A DNA stretch of 64,000 nucleotides from an uncultured Pseudomonadales bacterium (GTDB taxonomy: Bacteria; Patescibacteriota; Microgenomatia; UBA1400; CAYNMC01). Within the stretch, counting starts at the first letter, position 1. The number at the start of each line of letters is the position of its first letter. The stretch spans positions 26,999 to 90,998 of the forward strand of contig CAYPXO010000001.1 of the NCBI GenBank assembly GCA_964414895.1, read 5' to 3'. Positions 38,030 to 47,868 of the stretch are shown in pieces. The notes below the pieces were generated by a model. The model worked only from the letters and a program-made list of their open reading frames with translations, had not been told where the DNA came from and did no database searches. The position numbers and the translations under genes are program-made.

Positions 38030-38085
38030 GGAGTTAGCTGCCCCTTGAAGGGGAAGATTAGAAGCAAGAAACCTTCGAGAACTCC
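38030..38085. other. putative prophage-host attachment junction inside comM
   Basis: Both the GC-content shift and the divergence of the comM reading frame from the conserved ...LFLDELSEF continuation occur here. Confidence 0.35.
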
Positions 38086-39011
38086 GACAACTCGTCCAAA
38101 AACAAAACTCCCCGGTGAGCCAAGGAAATTTCTCCAGGAGCCGGTTTAGAGCCACCGCCAATAAGACCAATCCGAGAAATAGTGTGGTGAGGACTTCTAA
38201 AAGGGCGGTGTTTAACAATGGAAAATTGAGCGGGTAAGTTGCCAGTTATAGAATAAGTCTTGGTTACTTCTAATGCCTCTTCTTCTGTCAACTTAGGTAA
38301 AATTGAAGGAAAACTGCGCGCCAGCATTGTTTTACCGGCACCCGGGGGGCCAATCATCAAAACATTGTGTCCGCCAGCCGCCGCTATTTCCAAAGCTCTT
38401 TTGGCATTCTCCTGACCGCTAATCTCTGCCATATCAAATTCAAAATCAAATTTCTTGTTTAGTTGACTAAATCTGACATGCTTTTGGAAAATTATCTCTT
38501 TTAATCCCGAAAAATGATGAAAAAGCTGCAATAGAGAAACAACCGGAAATACCTTTATTCTTTTTATAATCGCTGCTTCTTTGGCATTGACTGCTGGCAA
38601 AAACAGATTTCTTAACTTTAACTGTCTAGCTAAGATCGCCATTGGCAGCACCCCATTAGTATGGCGAAGAGAGCCATCTAGCGACAATTCCCCTAAAACT
38701 AGAGAGTCAGAAAGAGAACTATCAAGCTGGCCTGAAGCTATCAAAATCCCCAAAGCCATCGGTAAATCATAAGCCGGTCCTTCTTTGGGTAAATCGGCGG
38801 GAGTTAAATTAATAGTAATTCTGTGAATAGGAAAATCGCAGCCAGTATTTTTTAAAGCTGCCCTTATTCTTTCTTTGGCTTCTTCAACTGCTTTGCCAGG
38901 CAAACCAACAATGTTAAAACGGGGAAGGCTCTTTGAAGAAATATCTACCTCTACCTCAACAGGGACAGATTCCAAACCAACAGTTGCTCCGGAAATAACT
39001 TTAGCCAACAT
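38058..39011 (-). pseudogene. comM: comM/yifB Mg-chelatase-like ATPase, N-terminal ~315 aa only; truncated by prophage insertion
   Basis: Canonical ComM N-domain and Walker A (MIGPPGAGKT). The ORF ends right after VLFLDELSEF, where full-length ComM continues for about 180 more residues. Confidence 0.7.
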
Positions 39012-39147
39012 AACAGTTACTTGTCATCCTGAAGCGTAGTGAATCCAGTTCCGATTAAATCAAACTGCATAAATACGCTCTTACTAGATCCTATCACTCG
39101 GCTTTCAGCCGGGTTCCAGAATGACAAATGACAAGGTGCCAGGAAAC

Positions 39148-40104
39148 TCATGGAAACTCATTTCTTTCACAGCTCCCTTGAGAAAAAATTTGGTAAACTT
39201 GAGAGGAAAAATCGGCAATTTTTGTTTCCGCTTGAGGGACACTGTTAGTCAAAACCACTAAGATATAAGGAGTCTTGGCAAAAACAAAACCAGCATCATG
39301 AACATTTCCCTGCCAAGTGCCGTATTTGTGGGCAACAATAACCTCTTTTGGCACACCGGCCGGAATTCGATTTTCATTAATAGTATTTTGCATCACTCTA
39401 AATAAAAATTCCTGGTCCTTTTTATCTGCCAGTTTTCTTTCATAAATCTTTCCCAAAAGCAAAAAGACATCTTCTGCTGTCATTGTGTTGGTATAAATAT
39501 TAGAATTTCTCAAGCCATTCTCTTCCAAAATCTTCTGGGTTCTAGCCAAGCTGGCTAAAGCCCCCAAGTCTGCCCATTGATTATTATCACTTCTGTTGAC
39601 CATCAAAGTAAGCTTTTCTTTTAGACTCATACCCCCAAAAGAAAACTCAAGCTCTTTTTTATTTTCCTTCATCCAATCAAAAACAGAAACAGCGGTTGCC
39701 AGTTTCATTACCGAAGCGACGTGAAATTTATCTTCACTTCTAAAAGAAAATTTCTCATTCCGGATCAAATCATAAACAACCACACCCCACCGGCCTTCTT
39801 GATTAGACAACCAGAAAGAAAGCTTCTCTTGACAAGCCTCTGAGTCTAAAAGTGGCGCCTGATCAACAACCAGTCGATAGGGTATTGGGTAAGGAATTGG
39901 CAAATTCTTTGTCCCTAAAACCATCTCTTCTGGCAAAAATTGATCAACTTCTTGCAATCCTCCTTTAGAAAAAACTCCTGCGCGGCGCAAAGAAATGGGG
40001 ACTTGAGGAAAAATTGGATAAGAAACGCTAGGGAAAGAAAAAAATAAAACTAAAAAAAGCGCTATAATAGAAAGAATAATCAAAGGAGGATTTCTTTTTT
40101 TCAC
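39148..40104 (-). CDS. class A beta-lactamase-like serine hydrolase (secreted)
   Basis: N-terminal TM/signal peptide. SxxK (ASVMKL), SDN (RSDNN) and KYG (KTG-like) motifs. Confidence 0.55.
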   Translation of the reverse strand: MKKRNPPLIILSIIALFLVLFFSFPSVSYPIFPQVPISLRRAGVFSKGGLQEVDQFLPEEMVLGTKNLPIPYPIPYRLVVDQAPLLDSEACQEKLSFWLSNQEGRWGVVVYDLIRNEKFSFRSEDKFHVASVMKLATAVSVFDWMKENKKELEFSFGGMSLKEKLTLMVNRSDNNQWADLGALASLARTQKILEENGLRNSNIYTNTMTAEDVFLLLGKIYERKLADKKDQEFLFRVMQNTINENRIPAGVPKEVIVAHKYGTWQGNVHDAGFVFAKTPYILVVLTNSVPQAETKIADFSSQVYQIFSQGSCERNEFP

Positions 40105-40202
40105 TAGAAGATATTATTGACAAGAAAATAAAAAAAAGCAAATTGACAAAAAAAGGCTCTTTGCTATATTCAAAAAATCTTACGATGAAAGAGTAAAAAC
40201 AA

Positions 40203-41018
40203 ATGACTAGCGAAACCAAAACCAACCCTCAATATTTTTATAAACTATTACAAGAAGTTCTTAAAGAAGAAGAGTTTAGTCTTTTCTCTCTCAAAGAAAT
40301 AGAACAAAGATATGCCCAATATTATATTAAAGTAGATCCAACTCAAGGTGACAGATGTGTTGATGATCGCTTTATTTTAGAAAACCTCGGTGAAGAATAT
40401 TCATATGACAAAGGTAAATACACCGGCCGCCAGTTCCCCGGCGGCACTTTTGGCATAATTGGCGTCTTAAGGGTACTGACAGGGTTAAATGAAGAGCAGG
40501 TAAGAAAACTTGTGCTGCAAGTTTATGAAGAAAATGGCTGGCAGATTGGCGACCATATTGATGACGACCACAACCAAATCACCGATGTTGAGATTCTGGA
40601 CTTGCGAAATAGGGGTTGTGGCCATGAGGACAAAATAAGAGAAGGAGCTCTTCCTTTATATCAAAAGATTGTTACTTCACAAGAAGTAGATAAAAGATTT
40701 GAGTGGATAAGGAAACAAGGCGGCTATTTACCAGTTTTAACAGGAAACCATTTGGCAGAAGCGGCTGGCGTCAACCTGATTGCCAATGAAACTTTTGGTA
40801 ATAAAGAGGCGGTTTCCAACAAAGATCATTTTTTTAACTGTGATTTGGCTACGGTTGCCGAAGTTGCCCAAAAACTATATCAGCCAATTAGCAACGAAAG
40901 TTGGTTCTCGGGAGACAAACAAATTTTTGTTGATAAATTTATCAAAACAGTGACTAGAGACTATCTGCAAACCTTAGCCGCTCTAAGTGAGATAAGAGAA
41001 ATACAAGTCTTCCAATAA
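40203..41018 (+). CDS. hypothetical protein
   Basis: 271-aa ORF with His/Asp-rich motifs (GDHIDDDH, CGHEDK). Confidence 0.45.
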   Translation: MTSETKTNPQYFYKLLQEVLKEEEFSLFSLKEIEQRYAQYYIKVDPTQGDRCVDDRFILENLGEEYSYDKGKYTGRQFPGGTFGIIGVLRVLTGLNEEQVRKLVLQVYEENGWQIGDHIDDDHNQITDVEILDLRNRGCGHEDKIREGALPLYQKIVTSQEVDKRFEWIRKQGGYLPVLTGNHLAEAAGVNLIANETFGNKEAVSNKDHFFNCDLATVAEVAQKLYQPISNESWFSGDKQIFVDKFIKTVTRDYLQTLAALSEIREIQVFQ

Positions 41019-41029
41019 AATATAAACCT

Positions 41030-41731
41030 CTATTTTTTCTTTTTCATCTCTTTTCTAAAACCTTCATACCACTCCGTTAAAATCTGAGAAACAACATCTT
41101 TGGCTCCCAGACCAATAGCCAAACCCAGGCCCAAAGCAAACATTGCCACCACACCAATAAAAAGAATGTTTATCAACGATTGGGCAATTCCCAGTTCATT
41201 GACGGTCGCCAAAACAGCAAAAATAACTACTAAGTAGCTGGCAAATTTACCGGCCAACCGAGCAACTTTTATATCTACCTGACCAACCGCTCCTTTAACC
41301 AAACTTTCCACCAAGCCAGCCAACAAAACTCCGGCAGTTAAAATAAAAGCAGCCGATAAAACCTTAGGCACATAACCCAAAACTCTATCCAAAAGGGTAG
41401 AAACGCTAGAAAGACCTAGAATATTAACAGTGGCAATAAAAAAAACAAAAATGACAATCCATTTAACTACATTGCCCAAAATTTCCTCCATTTTTATTTT
41501 AACCTCTGCCTTCTCAAGAAATTTTTCTAAACCGGTCTTTTTAAGAATGTGGCTTAATCTTAGTCTTGAAAGCAAATCTGTTGTTAGGCTTTTTAACCAT
41601 CTGGCTAAAAGTAAACCAATAAGAAAAACACAAACAGCCGCTAAAAGACTGGGCAAAAAAGAAAAAACACTTTGCAAAACTGAAGTTGAAGCATTCAGTA
41701 AGGCATCTTGCCAATTAGACATTTTATTCAC
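41030..41731 (-). CDS. membrane protein with repeated conserved TM-helix motifs (MscS-like N-terminal type)
   Basis: Multiple hydrophobic helices; KK-rich C-terminus. Confidence 0.45.
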   Translation of the reverse strand: MNKMSNWQDALLNASTSVLQSVFSFLPSLLAAVCVFLIGLLLARWLKSLTTDLLSRLRLSHILKKTGLEKFLEKAEVKIKMEEILGNVVKWIVIFVFFIATVNILGLSSVSTLLDRVLGYVPKVLSAAFILTAGVLLAGLVESLVKGAVGQVDIKVARLAGKFASYLVVIFAVLATVNELGIAQSLINILFIGVVAMFALGLGLAIGLGAKDVVSQILTEWYEGFRKEMKKKK

Positions 41732-41734
41732 CCC

Positions 41735-41779
41735 CTTCCTTGCCCGCCTAAATTTCTGGCAGTCCGCCTCTGGCGGATG
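41735..41779 (-). promoter_or_regulatory. conserved 45-nt leader element containing the palindrome ATCCGCC-AGA-GGCGGAC and the SD
   Basis: Near-identical copy at 57065-57109 upstream of HU; partial copy at 45546-45561 upstream of miaB. Confidence 0.45.
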
Positions 41780-41870
41780 AGCGCGCCATAAAAATTTGGC
41801 GGGTCTGTGTCTCTACTTACTTCCATTCTAACTAATCTTTAAAACAGATGTCAAATCTGGTATAATCAGG

Positions 41871-42292
41871 TTGGGGAAATTGAAGTGACACCCGTCTAAC
41901 TTTCTAGGCGATATTTACCCGTCAAGATTTCAGGCGATATAGCCTGAAATATCGCCGGGCAAGCCTGAAAGTTTGTTGGGAGGAAAGTCCAGACTGCTGG
42001 AAGCAAGGTGGTCCGCCGCAAGGCGGACAGTCCGATGTAATCTCGGACCTCGATAGGACCACAGAAACTAAGTCGGCCCTGTACCGTCTGGTATGGGGTA
42101 CGAGTGAAAAGTCCCCAAAAGGGGAATCCCGACGTTACGTCGGGAGGGTAACCCGCCCTGCAGCAACTTCCGACCGGCTCCCTTGAGGATGCTTCCCCAA
42201 ACCCTGACGTCACGTCGGGGGAGAGCCAAAGTTTGAAGGCAAAGAGAGATGTCACTATAAAACAGAATCTGGCTTACAAATTTTTCCCAAGA
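41871..42292 (+). ncRNA. rnpB: RNase P RNA (bacterial type)
   Basis: P4 strands GGAGGAAAGTCCAGAC (41990-) and ACAGAATCTGGCTTA (42263-) with compensatory changes. GGTAACCCGCCCTGCAGCAA matches the GGTAAAC..CCCGGAGCAA region. ACCACAGAAAC motif present. P1 pairing TTGGGGAAATT / AATTTTTCCCAA. Upstream TATAAT at 41861. Confidence 0.7.
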
Positions 42293-42296
42293 AAAA

Positions 42297-43271
42297 TCAA
42301 GAACCTCTTTTAAGAAGATAAAATTCTGCTACTACTGTCTTTAAAACTAAAAAAGTAGGCAAAGACAAAATCGCCCCTCCTGCTCCTCCCAGTTTAAAAC
42401 CAATAAGTAAACAAATCAAACTTATAATTGGGTTAATGCCAGCCGCATGCTGCATCACTTGAGGAACAACAATATGGTTCTCTAACTGCTGGACAGCAAT
42501 GGAAAGAAACAAAGCCCCTAACGCCAAAGCCGGAGACATAGATAAACCAACCAAAATTGCCGGAATCGCAGCTAGGGTCGGGCCAATATTGGGCACCAGT
42601 TCCAAAAGACCAGCTAAAACTGCCAAAGGAACAGCAAACTCCAAACCTAAAATCTTAAAACCAATATAAGAAATAAAACCAACTATCAACATCAATAAAA
42701 ATTGGCCTCTAACCCAACCGCCAATATGTTTCTCTACTTTATTAACAACTTCCAAAACTATCTTCTCTTTCCTTTTATTGGCAAAAAGAACCTTCAAATA
42801 TTTGGGTAGTCTTTTTCTCTCCAGTAAAAAATAAAAAGTGAGAACCAAAACCGTAAATGTTCCCAGTAAATTAGAAAAAGCGCTCAGTAGGAATTTAAAA
42901 ACACTTCCGGGAACAGCAGCCAATTCAGGAACAATCATGTCCGGCTTAACACTATCGATCACTCCTGTTTCTTTTAAAATATCAGGAAGACTATTTAAGA
43001 AAACAACACTTTGTTCAACAATTGGAGGAATTATAGAATAAAAAGTAGCTACTAAGATAGCAATTATAAAGAGATAAATAAAAAAAATCGCCAGGGATCG
43101 GGGGAGTCTTACTTTTTCTAAAAAATTAACTAAAGACCCAAAAGCAGCGGTTAAGATAAGGGAAATAAAAATAAGAAGCAAAATTACTCTAATTTGGTAT
43201 AAAAACCAAAGAGAAATTAAAAAAGAAACAGTAAAAATGACAGTTCGGTGAGAGATCTCAATTTTCTCCAA
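42297..43271 (-). CDS. AI-2E family transporter (PerM/YhhT-like)
   Basis: Eight TM helices; conserved GLELVPNIGP-type segment. Confidence 0.65.
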   Translation of the reverse strand: MEKIEISHRTVIFTVSFLISLWFLYQIRVILLLIFISLILTAAFGSLVNFLEKVRLPRSLAIFFIYLFIIAILVATFYSIIPPIVEQSVVFLNSLPDILKETGVIDSVKPDMIVPELAAVPGSVFKFLLSAFSNLLGTFTVLVLTFYFLLERKRLPKYLKVLFANKRKEKIVLEVVNKVEKHIGGWVRGQFLLMLIVGFISYIGFKILGLEFAVPLAVLAGLLELVPNIGPTLAAIPAILVGLSMSPALALGALFLSIAVQQLENHIVVPQVMQHAAGINPIISLICLLIGFKLGGAGGAILSLPTFLVLKTVVAEFYLLKRGS

Positions 43272-43327
43272 GAAGATTCATTAATCGTTACCCATCGAGC
43301 AACAATCAATATTTTGATATTTGATAT

Positions 43328-44332
43328 TTAATTTTTGATATTTTTAATATACCATTGCTTAACCACCTTTTCAATCCGCACCTGATAGTTAGAGCTTTCT
43401 ATATCAAACCATTTAACTCCTTTTAGTTTCTTAAAAAAAGTCAGCTGCCGACGGGCTAGACCATGCTCGTTATATTTCCATCGCTGGCTAATTTCTGGTA
43501 AAGTTTTTTTACCTTCAAAGCAGTCCTGCCAAACTCGATAGCCAGTAGCAGAAAAAGAAGGCAGATCAAAACTATGACCTTTTTGCAAAAGCGATTTTAC
43601 TTCTTTCTCTGCTCCTTGTTTGATCCTTTTATCGACTCGTTTATCAATTCTTTGATACAAAATCTTGCAATCTTTTGTCCTCAAGCCCATAATCAACAAT
43701 TTATTAATTTTTAATTTTGAATTGCAGTTTTGAATTTTGAATTTTGAATTTTGAATTTTCTTTGCTATTTCTATTGCTCGAATTAGCCTCCTGGGGTTAT
43801 TTCTATCCGACTCGTTCATCCTCTTTAATCTCTCCGGGTCTACTCTCTTTAATTTTCCCCTCAATTGCTCAATTGCCTCATTGCTCAATTGCTTGCGTAA
43901 TTCCCAATCCGGTTTTAGTCCTAGCGACTCCGCTCCTTCAAGCAGAGCCTTTATCCAAAAACCGCTTCCACCAACTACAATCGGCAACTTTTTTCTTTTC
44001 CAAATATCTTCAATAACAATTTTGGCAAACCTAACAAAATGGGCAACACTAAACTTTTGGTCCGGCTGACAAATATCAATCAACCAAATAGGAACATTGT
44101 CAAGCAACCTATAACCAATCTCGTAATTTTTAATTTTAAGTTTCAATTTGGAATTTGGAATTTGGAATTTGGAATTTTGAGGTATATCCTTTCCTGTCCC
44201 AATACTCATCTCTTTATAGACCTGCCTGGAATCGGCCGAAACAATCTCGCCAGAGAACTTTTTCGCCAGCTTCACTCCCAAAGCGGTTTTTCCCGTTGCC
44301 GTTGGTCCGCCAATAACAAGAAGTTTATTCAT
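43328..44332 (-). CDS. miaA: tRNA dimethylallyltransferase
   Basis: N-terminal P-loop LLVIGGPTATGKTALGVKLAKKF..IVSADSRQVYKEMSIGT. Two internal insertions encoded by heptanucleotide tandem repeats. Confidence 0.8.
   Translation of the reverse strand: MNKLLVIGGPTATGKTALGVKLAKKFSGEIVSADSRQVYKEMSIGTGKDIPQNSKFQIPNSKLKLKIKNYEIGYRLLDNVPIWLIDICQPDQKFSVAHFVRFAKIVIEDIWKRKKLPIVVGGSGFWIKALLEGAESLGLKPDWELRKQLSNEAIEQLRGKLKRVDPERLKRMNESDRNNPRRLIRAIEIAKKIQNSKFKIQNCNSKLKINKLLIMGLRTKDCKILYQRIDKRVDKRIKQGAEKEVKSLLQKGHSFDLPSFSATGYRVWQDCFEGKKTLPEISQRWKYNEHGLARRQLTFFKKLKGVKWFDIESSNYQVRIEKVVKQWYIKNIKN
43707..43750. repeat. heptanucleotide tandem repeat (TTTTGAA)x5 within the miaA coding sequence
   Basis: Direct reading of gttttgaattttgaattttgaattttgaatttt. 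Confidence 0.7.
44144..44178. repeat. heptanucleotide tandem repeat (AATTTGG)x4 within the miaA coding sequence
   Basis: caatttggaatttggaatttggaatttggaatttt. Confidence 0.7.
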
Positions 44333-45516
44333 CTTCTATTTATCATCTTTTCTAGAATTTGCCATCTTCGTTTTTTCTCTTTGTAAGAAACAGGGTCACC
44401 CAGCCTGTAAGCAGCCGTACCTGGGCGAGGGGAATATTTGGCAATATAGGCTTTTTCAAAACCGACTTGCCTGCAGAGTTTAACCGTATTTTCAAATTGT
44501 TTTTTAGTTTCTCCAGGAAAACCAACAATAATATCAGTGCCGATTTTAATATCCGGAATCCTCTCTCTAATTCGTTTAATTAAACCAAGATACTTTTTGG
44601 CCGTGTATTGACGGTTCATTTTTTTTAAAATCTCATCATCGCCAGATTGAGCTGGTAAATGTAAATAGCGGTCAATTTTTGGTAACCTTATCGCCTCAAT
44701 AATATCGTCAGTTAAGTCTTGAGGGTTGGAAGTAATAAAAGAAATCTTCTCCAAGCCCTTAATTTTATGCAATTCTCTCAGAAGTTTCGCAAATGGAGTA
44801 ATCTCAGTATTCTCAGCAAAATTCTGTGATCTCAGTGTTGCAGTTTTTCCATTCGAGCGGTCTCCCAACCTCTTCCCATATGAATTAACATTCTGTCCCA
44901 GCAAGGTTACATGCTTATAGTCGCGCTTAACCAATTCTTTTACCTCACAAACAATCTCCTCGAATGGACGGGAGACTTCCCGACCCCGGCCATAGGGAAC
45001 AACACAATAGGTGCAAAAATTATCACAACCTCTCATAATCGGCACCCACTTGCCCGCCGAAGCATCCCGAACGGAACGCGGCTGAATAAGCCGATGTGGA
45101 GTTTCGAGAGCGGAGGCGGGAGCATCAGACAAAGATTTAACATCCTTAATCAAATCTTGAAGTTTAACAAACTCGTCCACCCCTGGTAACATCTTTTTTA
45201 ATCTCGAAAGACTATACCGCAACATGCAACCAGTAAGAATAATTTTGGGCTTATTAACTTTTAAGTTTTTCGCTATAGCTTTTAGCTTGTAGCTTTTAGC
45301 TTGTAGCTTGGTCAAGTTTCTAACCTGACCGATCACCCGATCTTCCGCACTTTGTCTCACTGAACAAGTATTAATAACCACCACATCAGCTTCTTCAACT
45401 AACTTTGCTGGTTTGTAACCCTTCTGTTCATAACCTGCAGCAATTTTCTCCGAATCCGCCTTATTCATCTGACACCCATAAGTCTTAATATAATAGGTTC
45501 TTGATCTACTTGACAT
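44329..45516 (-). CDS. miaB: radical-SAM methylthiotransferase (MiaB-like)
   Basis: N-terminal MTTase domain YIKTYGCQMNKADSEKIA. Radical SAM CxxxCxxC (CDNFCTYC). Adjacent to miaA. Confidence 0.65.
   Translation of the reverse strand: MSSRSRTYYIKTYGCQMNKADSEKIAAGYEQKGYKPAKLVEEADVVVINTCSVRQSAEDRVIGQVRNLTKLQAKSYKLKAIAKNLKVNKPKIILTGCMLRYSLSRLKKMLPGVDEFVKLQDLIKDVKSLSDAPASALETPHRLIQPRSVRDASAGKWVPIMRGCDNFCTYCVVPYGRGREVSRPFEEIVCEVKELVKRDYKHVTLLGQNVNSYGKRLGDRSNGKTATLRSQNFAENTEITPFAKLLRELHKIKGLEKISFITSNPQDLTDDIIEAIRLPKIDRYLHLPAQSGDDEILKKMNRQYTAKKYLGLIKRIRERIPDIKIGTDIIVGFPGETKKQFENTVKLCRQVGFEKAYIAKYSPRPGTAAYRLGDPVSYKEKKRRWQILEKMINRR
45284..45320. repeat. tandem repeat (TAGCTTT/TAGCTTG heptamers, 14-mer x2.5) within the miaB coding sequence
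   Basis: tagcttttagcttgtagcttttagcttgtagcttg. Confidence 0.65.
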
Positions 45517-45892
45517 ATAAAGTTATAAGAGTTATTAAATCTGCCTGCCCGCCTAAATTTCCTGAATGAAACACGGCGGAATACGCCGAGTGAAATATCA
45601 AGAATATTTGGTGGGGCAGCCAAAGGTCTTAATAAAGTAAGTCTTATTCATAGCCTATTTTACCATCTCTTCTCTAAAAACCTGAGAGAAATGGAGAGAC
45701 TAAAAGAGAAGTAATAATAATTGCGGAAAGATATCCAGGTCAGTTTAACCTAAACAAAACAAATTATTTGCCAAAAAACATTTCTTGCTTATTACCAGCT
45801 GAAATTATTAAAACCTCTCAAATCAAAAAGAGTTAATACTTGTTATTAAATTTCTCTTATGGAATACTAAAATGAGGGCAAATTGAATATTA

Positions 45893-47062
45893 TTGAATAT
45901 TATGGAAGCAAAAAATCCAGCAACTCAAAACCAAAATCTTCCTCCAACAGGCCAACAAACACCACCTCTTACTACCTTGCAACCACAACCTGATGTACAA
46001 AAAAAAGATAACAAATTTTTTAAAATTTTTATCTATGTTTTAATTAGCGTATTTCTTGTGGGTTCTTTGGTTTTTGGTTTTTGGTTTTATCAAAAAGAGA
46101 AAGTAACTAAAGAGCCTGAACTTTCACCAGCTCCATTTACTAAACCTACTCCGAGCTCATTAACAAACTCCACAACTAAGCCAGATAGTCTGATGTCCGA
46201 ATGTAAATCTAATGAAAAAAAACATGTCAATAACTATATAGGGCTTTCTTTCTGCTACCCATCAAATCTGGAATATTATAGAACAACTAAAGAAGGAGCT
46301 TTTTCAGGTTCCATAAATGAATACTTCAAAGAGTCTGGCTCAAATAAAAAAGACCTATTCAATTTTTATTTTATAAGAAAAAAATTTGATAAAGATAAGC
46401 ATTATGAACAGGGCTGGGACATCAAACAAATTTCATCAAACCTAATTATTAATCCAATATACGCCATGACAGCTCCCAAAGATTACCTTATAAAAAATAT
46501 AAAGGAAAAGAAATTTAATGATAATACTTACTACACTTACAGATACAGCTCAGGTAAAAACAATTACTCTGTATATATTTACCCTAGAAATGATTGCTAT
46601 TATAAATTTACCTTCAATGAGGATAATGAAGCATTAATAAAAAGGGGCCTCAGTTCAGCAATATACCATGACAGTGTATATTTAAATATTTTTAAATTGG
46701 GAAAGACTACTAGCAACTCCAGGATAAATCTGGAAGAGTCATATGTTCCGCTTGGATGGGAATATGAAAATACCAACAATGAAACAAAACTATTCTATAA
46801 AGGAAAAGTAGGAGAGGCTACTGTAAAAATTATAGCAGATGGTAAAAGCGAGCTTTATAAATACTTAAAAGAAAGGTGTGATTATCGCACTGGCCGTTTC
46901 AGCTATGATACTCCTGATAATGAAATTGAAGAAATAAAAAATAAGTTTGGTTGCGAAAAAGTCAATTATTTCCGAACAGTAGTTATTAGACCTAAAACAG
47001 CTAGGCTGTTCTTTCTAAATTCACTTTTCATAACTTTTCAAGTTCATCTTCAAAGCATATGA
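45893..47062 (+). CDS. secreted or membrane-anchored hypothetical protein
   Basis: N-terminal TM helix after a Q/P/T-rich segment. The 3' end overlaps repeat copy A, so the real stop may lie earlier. Confidence 0.45.
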   Translation: MNIMEAKNPATQNQNLPPTGQQTPPLTTLQPQPDVQKKDNKFFKIFIYVLISVFLVGSLVFGFWFYQKEKVTKEPELSPAPFTKPTPSSLTNSTTKPDSLMSECKSNEKKHVNNYIGLSFCYPSNLEYYRTTKEGAFSGSINEYFKESGSNKKDLFNFYFIRKKFDKDKHYEQGWDIKQISSNLIINPIYAMTAPKDYLIKNIKEKKFNDNTYYTYRYSSGKNNYSVYIYPRNDCYYKFTFNEDNEALIKRGLSSAIYHDSVYLNIFKLGKTTSNSRINLEESYVPLGWEYENTNNETKLFYKGKVGEATVKIIADGKSELYKYLKERCDYRTGRFSYDTPDNEIEEIKNKFGCEKVNYFRTVVIRPKTARLFFLNSLFITFQVHLQSI

Positions 47063-47082
47063 TCGTGAGTCAATCTGGTGAA
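47021..47082. repeat. ~62-bp repeat copy A (..TTCAAGTTCATCTTCAAAGCATATGATCGTGAGTCAATCTGGTGA)
   Basis: 58 of 62 positions identical to copy B at 49299-49360. Confidence 0.7.
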
Positions 47083-47103
47083 GTAAAAACTGCTAAATTA
47101 GGA

Positions 47104-47526
47104 TTACTTTTCTAAAATTTTTAAAAACTCTCTTGGAGTAACAATTTTAATATTTTTAAAACTTTTTAACTTCAAAAGATGCTTATCACCAGAAATAATC
47201 CATTTTGCTTTACCTTGCAAAGCACAAGCTAAAAACTTATCATCAGCTGGATCCTCAACAATAATTTCTAATTTCTGTTTTGGCTCAATTATTGCGCAAT
47301 CCTTTTCTAAAGACTTTTTTACTCTTTTTATCTTTTCTTCTGATAACTGATATCTTCTTTTGATTTTTGGCCGCTTTAAAACATCCAAGATCTCATCAAT
47401 AACCTTCTGCGAAACTACCAAGTTGATCTTTTTTGTTTGCCAGAGTTTGAGAATTTTTCTTGGGGCTCCTTTGGGAGAAATTAGTCCGCTAACAACTACA
47501 TTTGTATCCAAAACCACCTTGCTCAT
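47104..47526 (-). CDS. PIN-domain toxin (VapC-like)
   Basis: VLDTNVVV PIN N-terminal motif with a conserved acidic residue pattern; overlaps the upstream antitoxin gene. Confidence 0.7.
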   Translation of the reverse strand: MSKVVLDTNVVVSGLISPKGAPRKILKLWQTKKINLVVSQKVIDEILDVLKRPKIKRRYQLSEEKIKRVKKSLEKDCAIIEPKQKLEIIVEDPADDKFLACALQGKAKWIISGDKHLLKLKSFKNIKIVTPREFLKILEK

Positions 47527-47804
47527 TTACCTCTCACTTTATCAACTGCTTCAGCCACATCGTTCTTAACTTGAGAAAAAGGAACATTTTTGTTTTCCTC
47601 GGCAATCGCAAAAAGTTCTCGAAAACGTTCTTCTCTTGCCCTCTCTGCCTGTCTACTTAATTCCAGCAAATCCTCTAGGTTAATCAAAACTGCCATTGGC
47701 CGACCCATTTTTTGTAGTAAAAACTGCTGACCTTGATAATATACCTGGCTTAAAAGCTCAGAAAAATTATTTCTTGCCTGACTGACGCTTATTGTTCTGG
47801 TCAT
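47523..47804 (-). CDS. Phd/YefM-family antitoxin
   Basis: TISVSQARNNFSELL is the typical Phd/YefM N-terminus; 4-nt overlap with the PIN gene. Confidence 0.65.
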   Translation of the reverse strand: MTRTISVSQARNNFSELLSQVYYQGQQFLLQKMGRPMAVLINLEDLLELSRQAERAREERFRELFAIAEENKNVPFSQVKNDVAEAVDKVRGK

Positions 47805-47868
47805 ATTTTATCTCCTTTCTGTCTTTAGAATAGCAATAATTGTACAATTTGTCAATTTTGTATTTTTT

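Noticed and set aside
41896-42255. 119-aa minus-strand ORF
   Set aside because: Lies entirely within the RNase P RNA gene; the conserved P4 and other motifs explain the region.
43707-45320. CRISPR array
   Set aside because: The repeats are 7-nt perfect tandems without spacers, inside coding sequences; not a CRISPR architecture.
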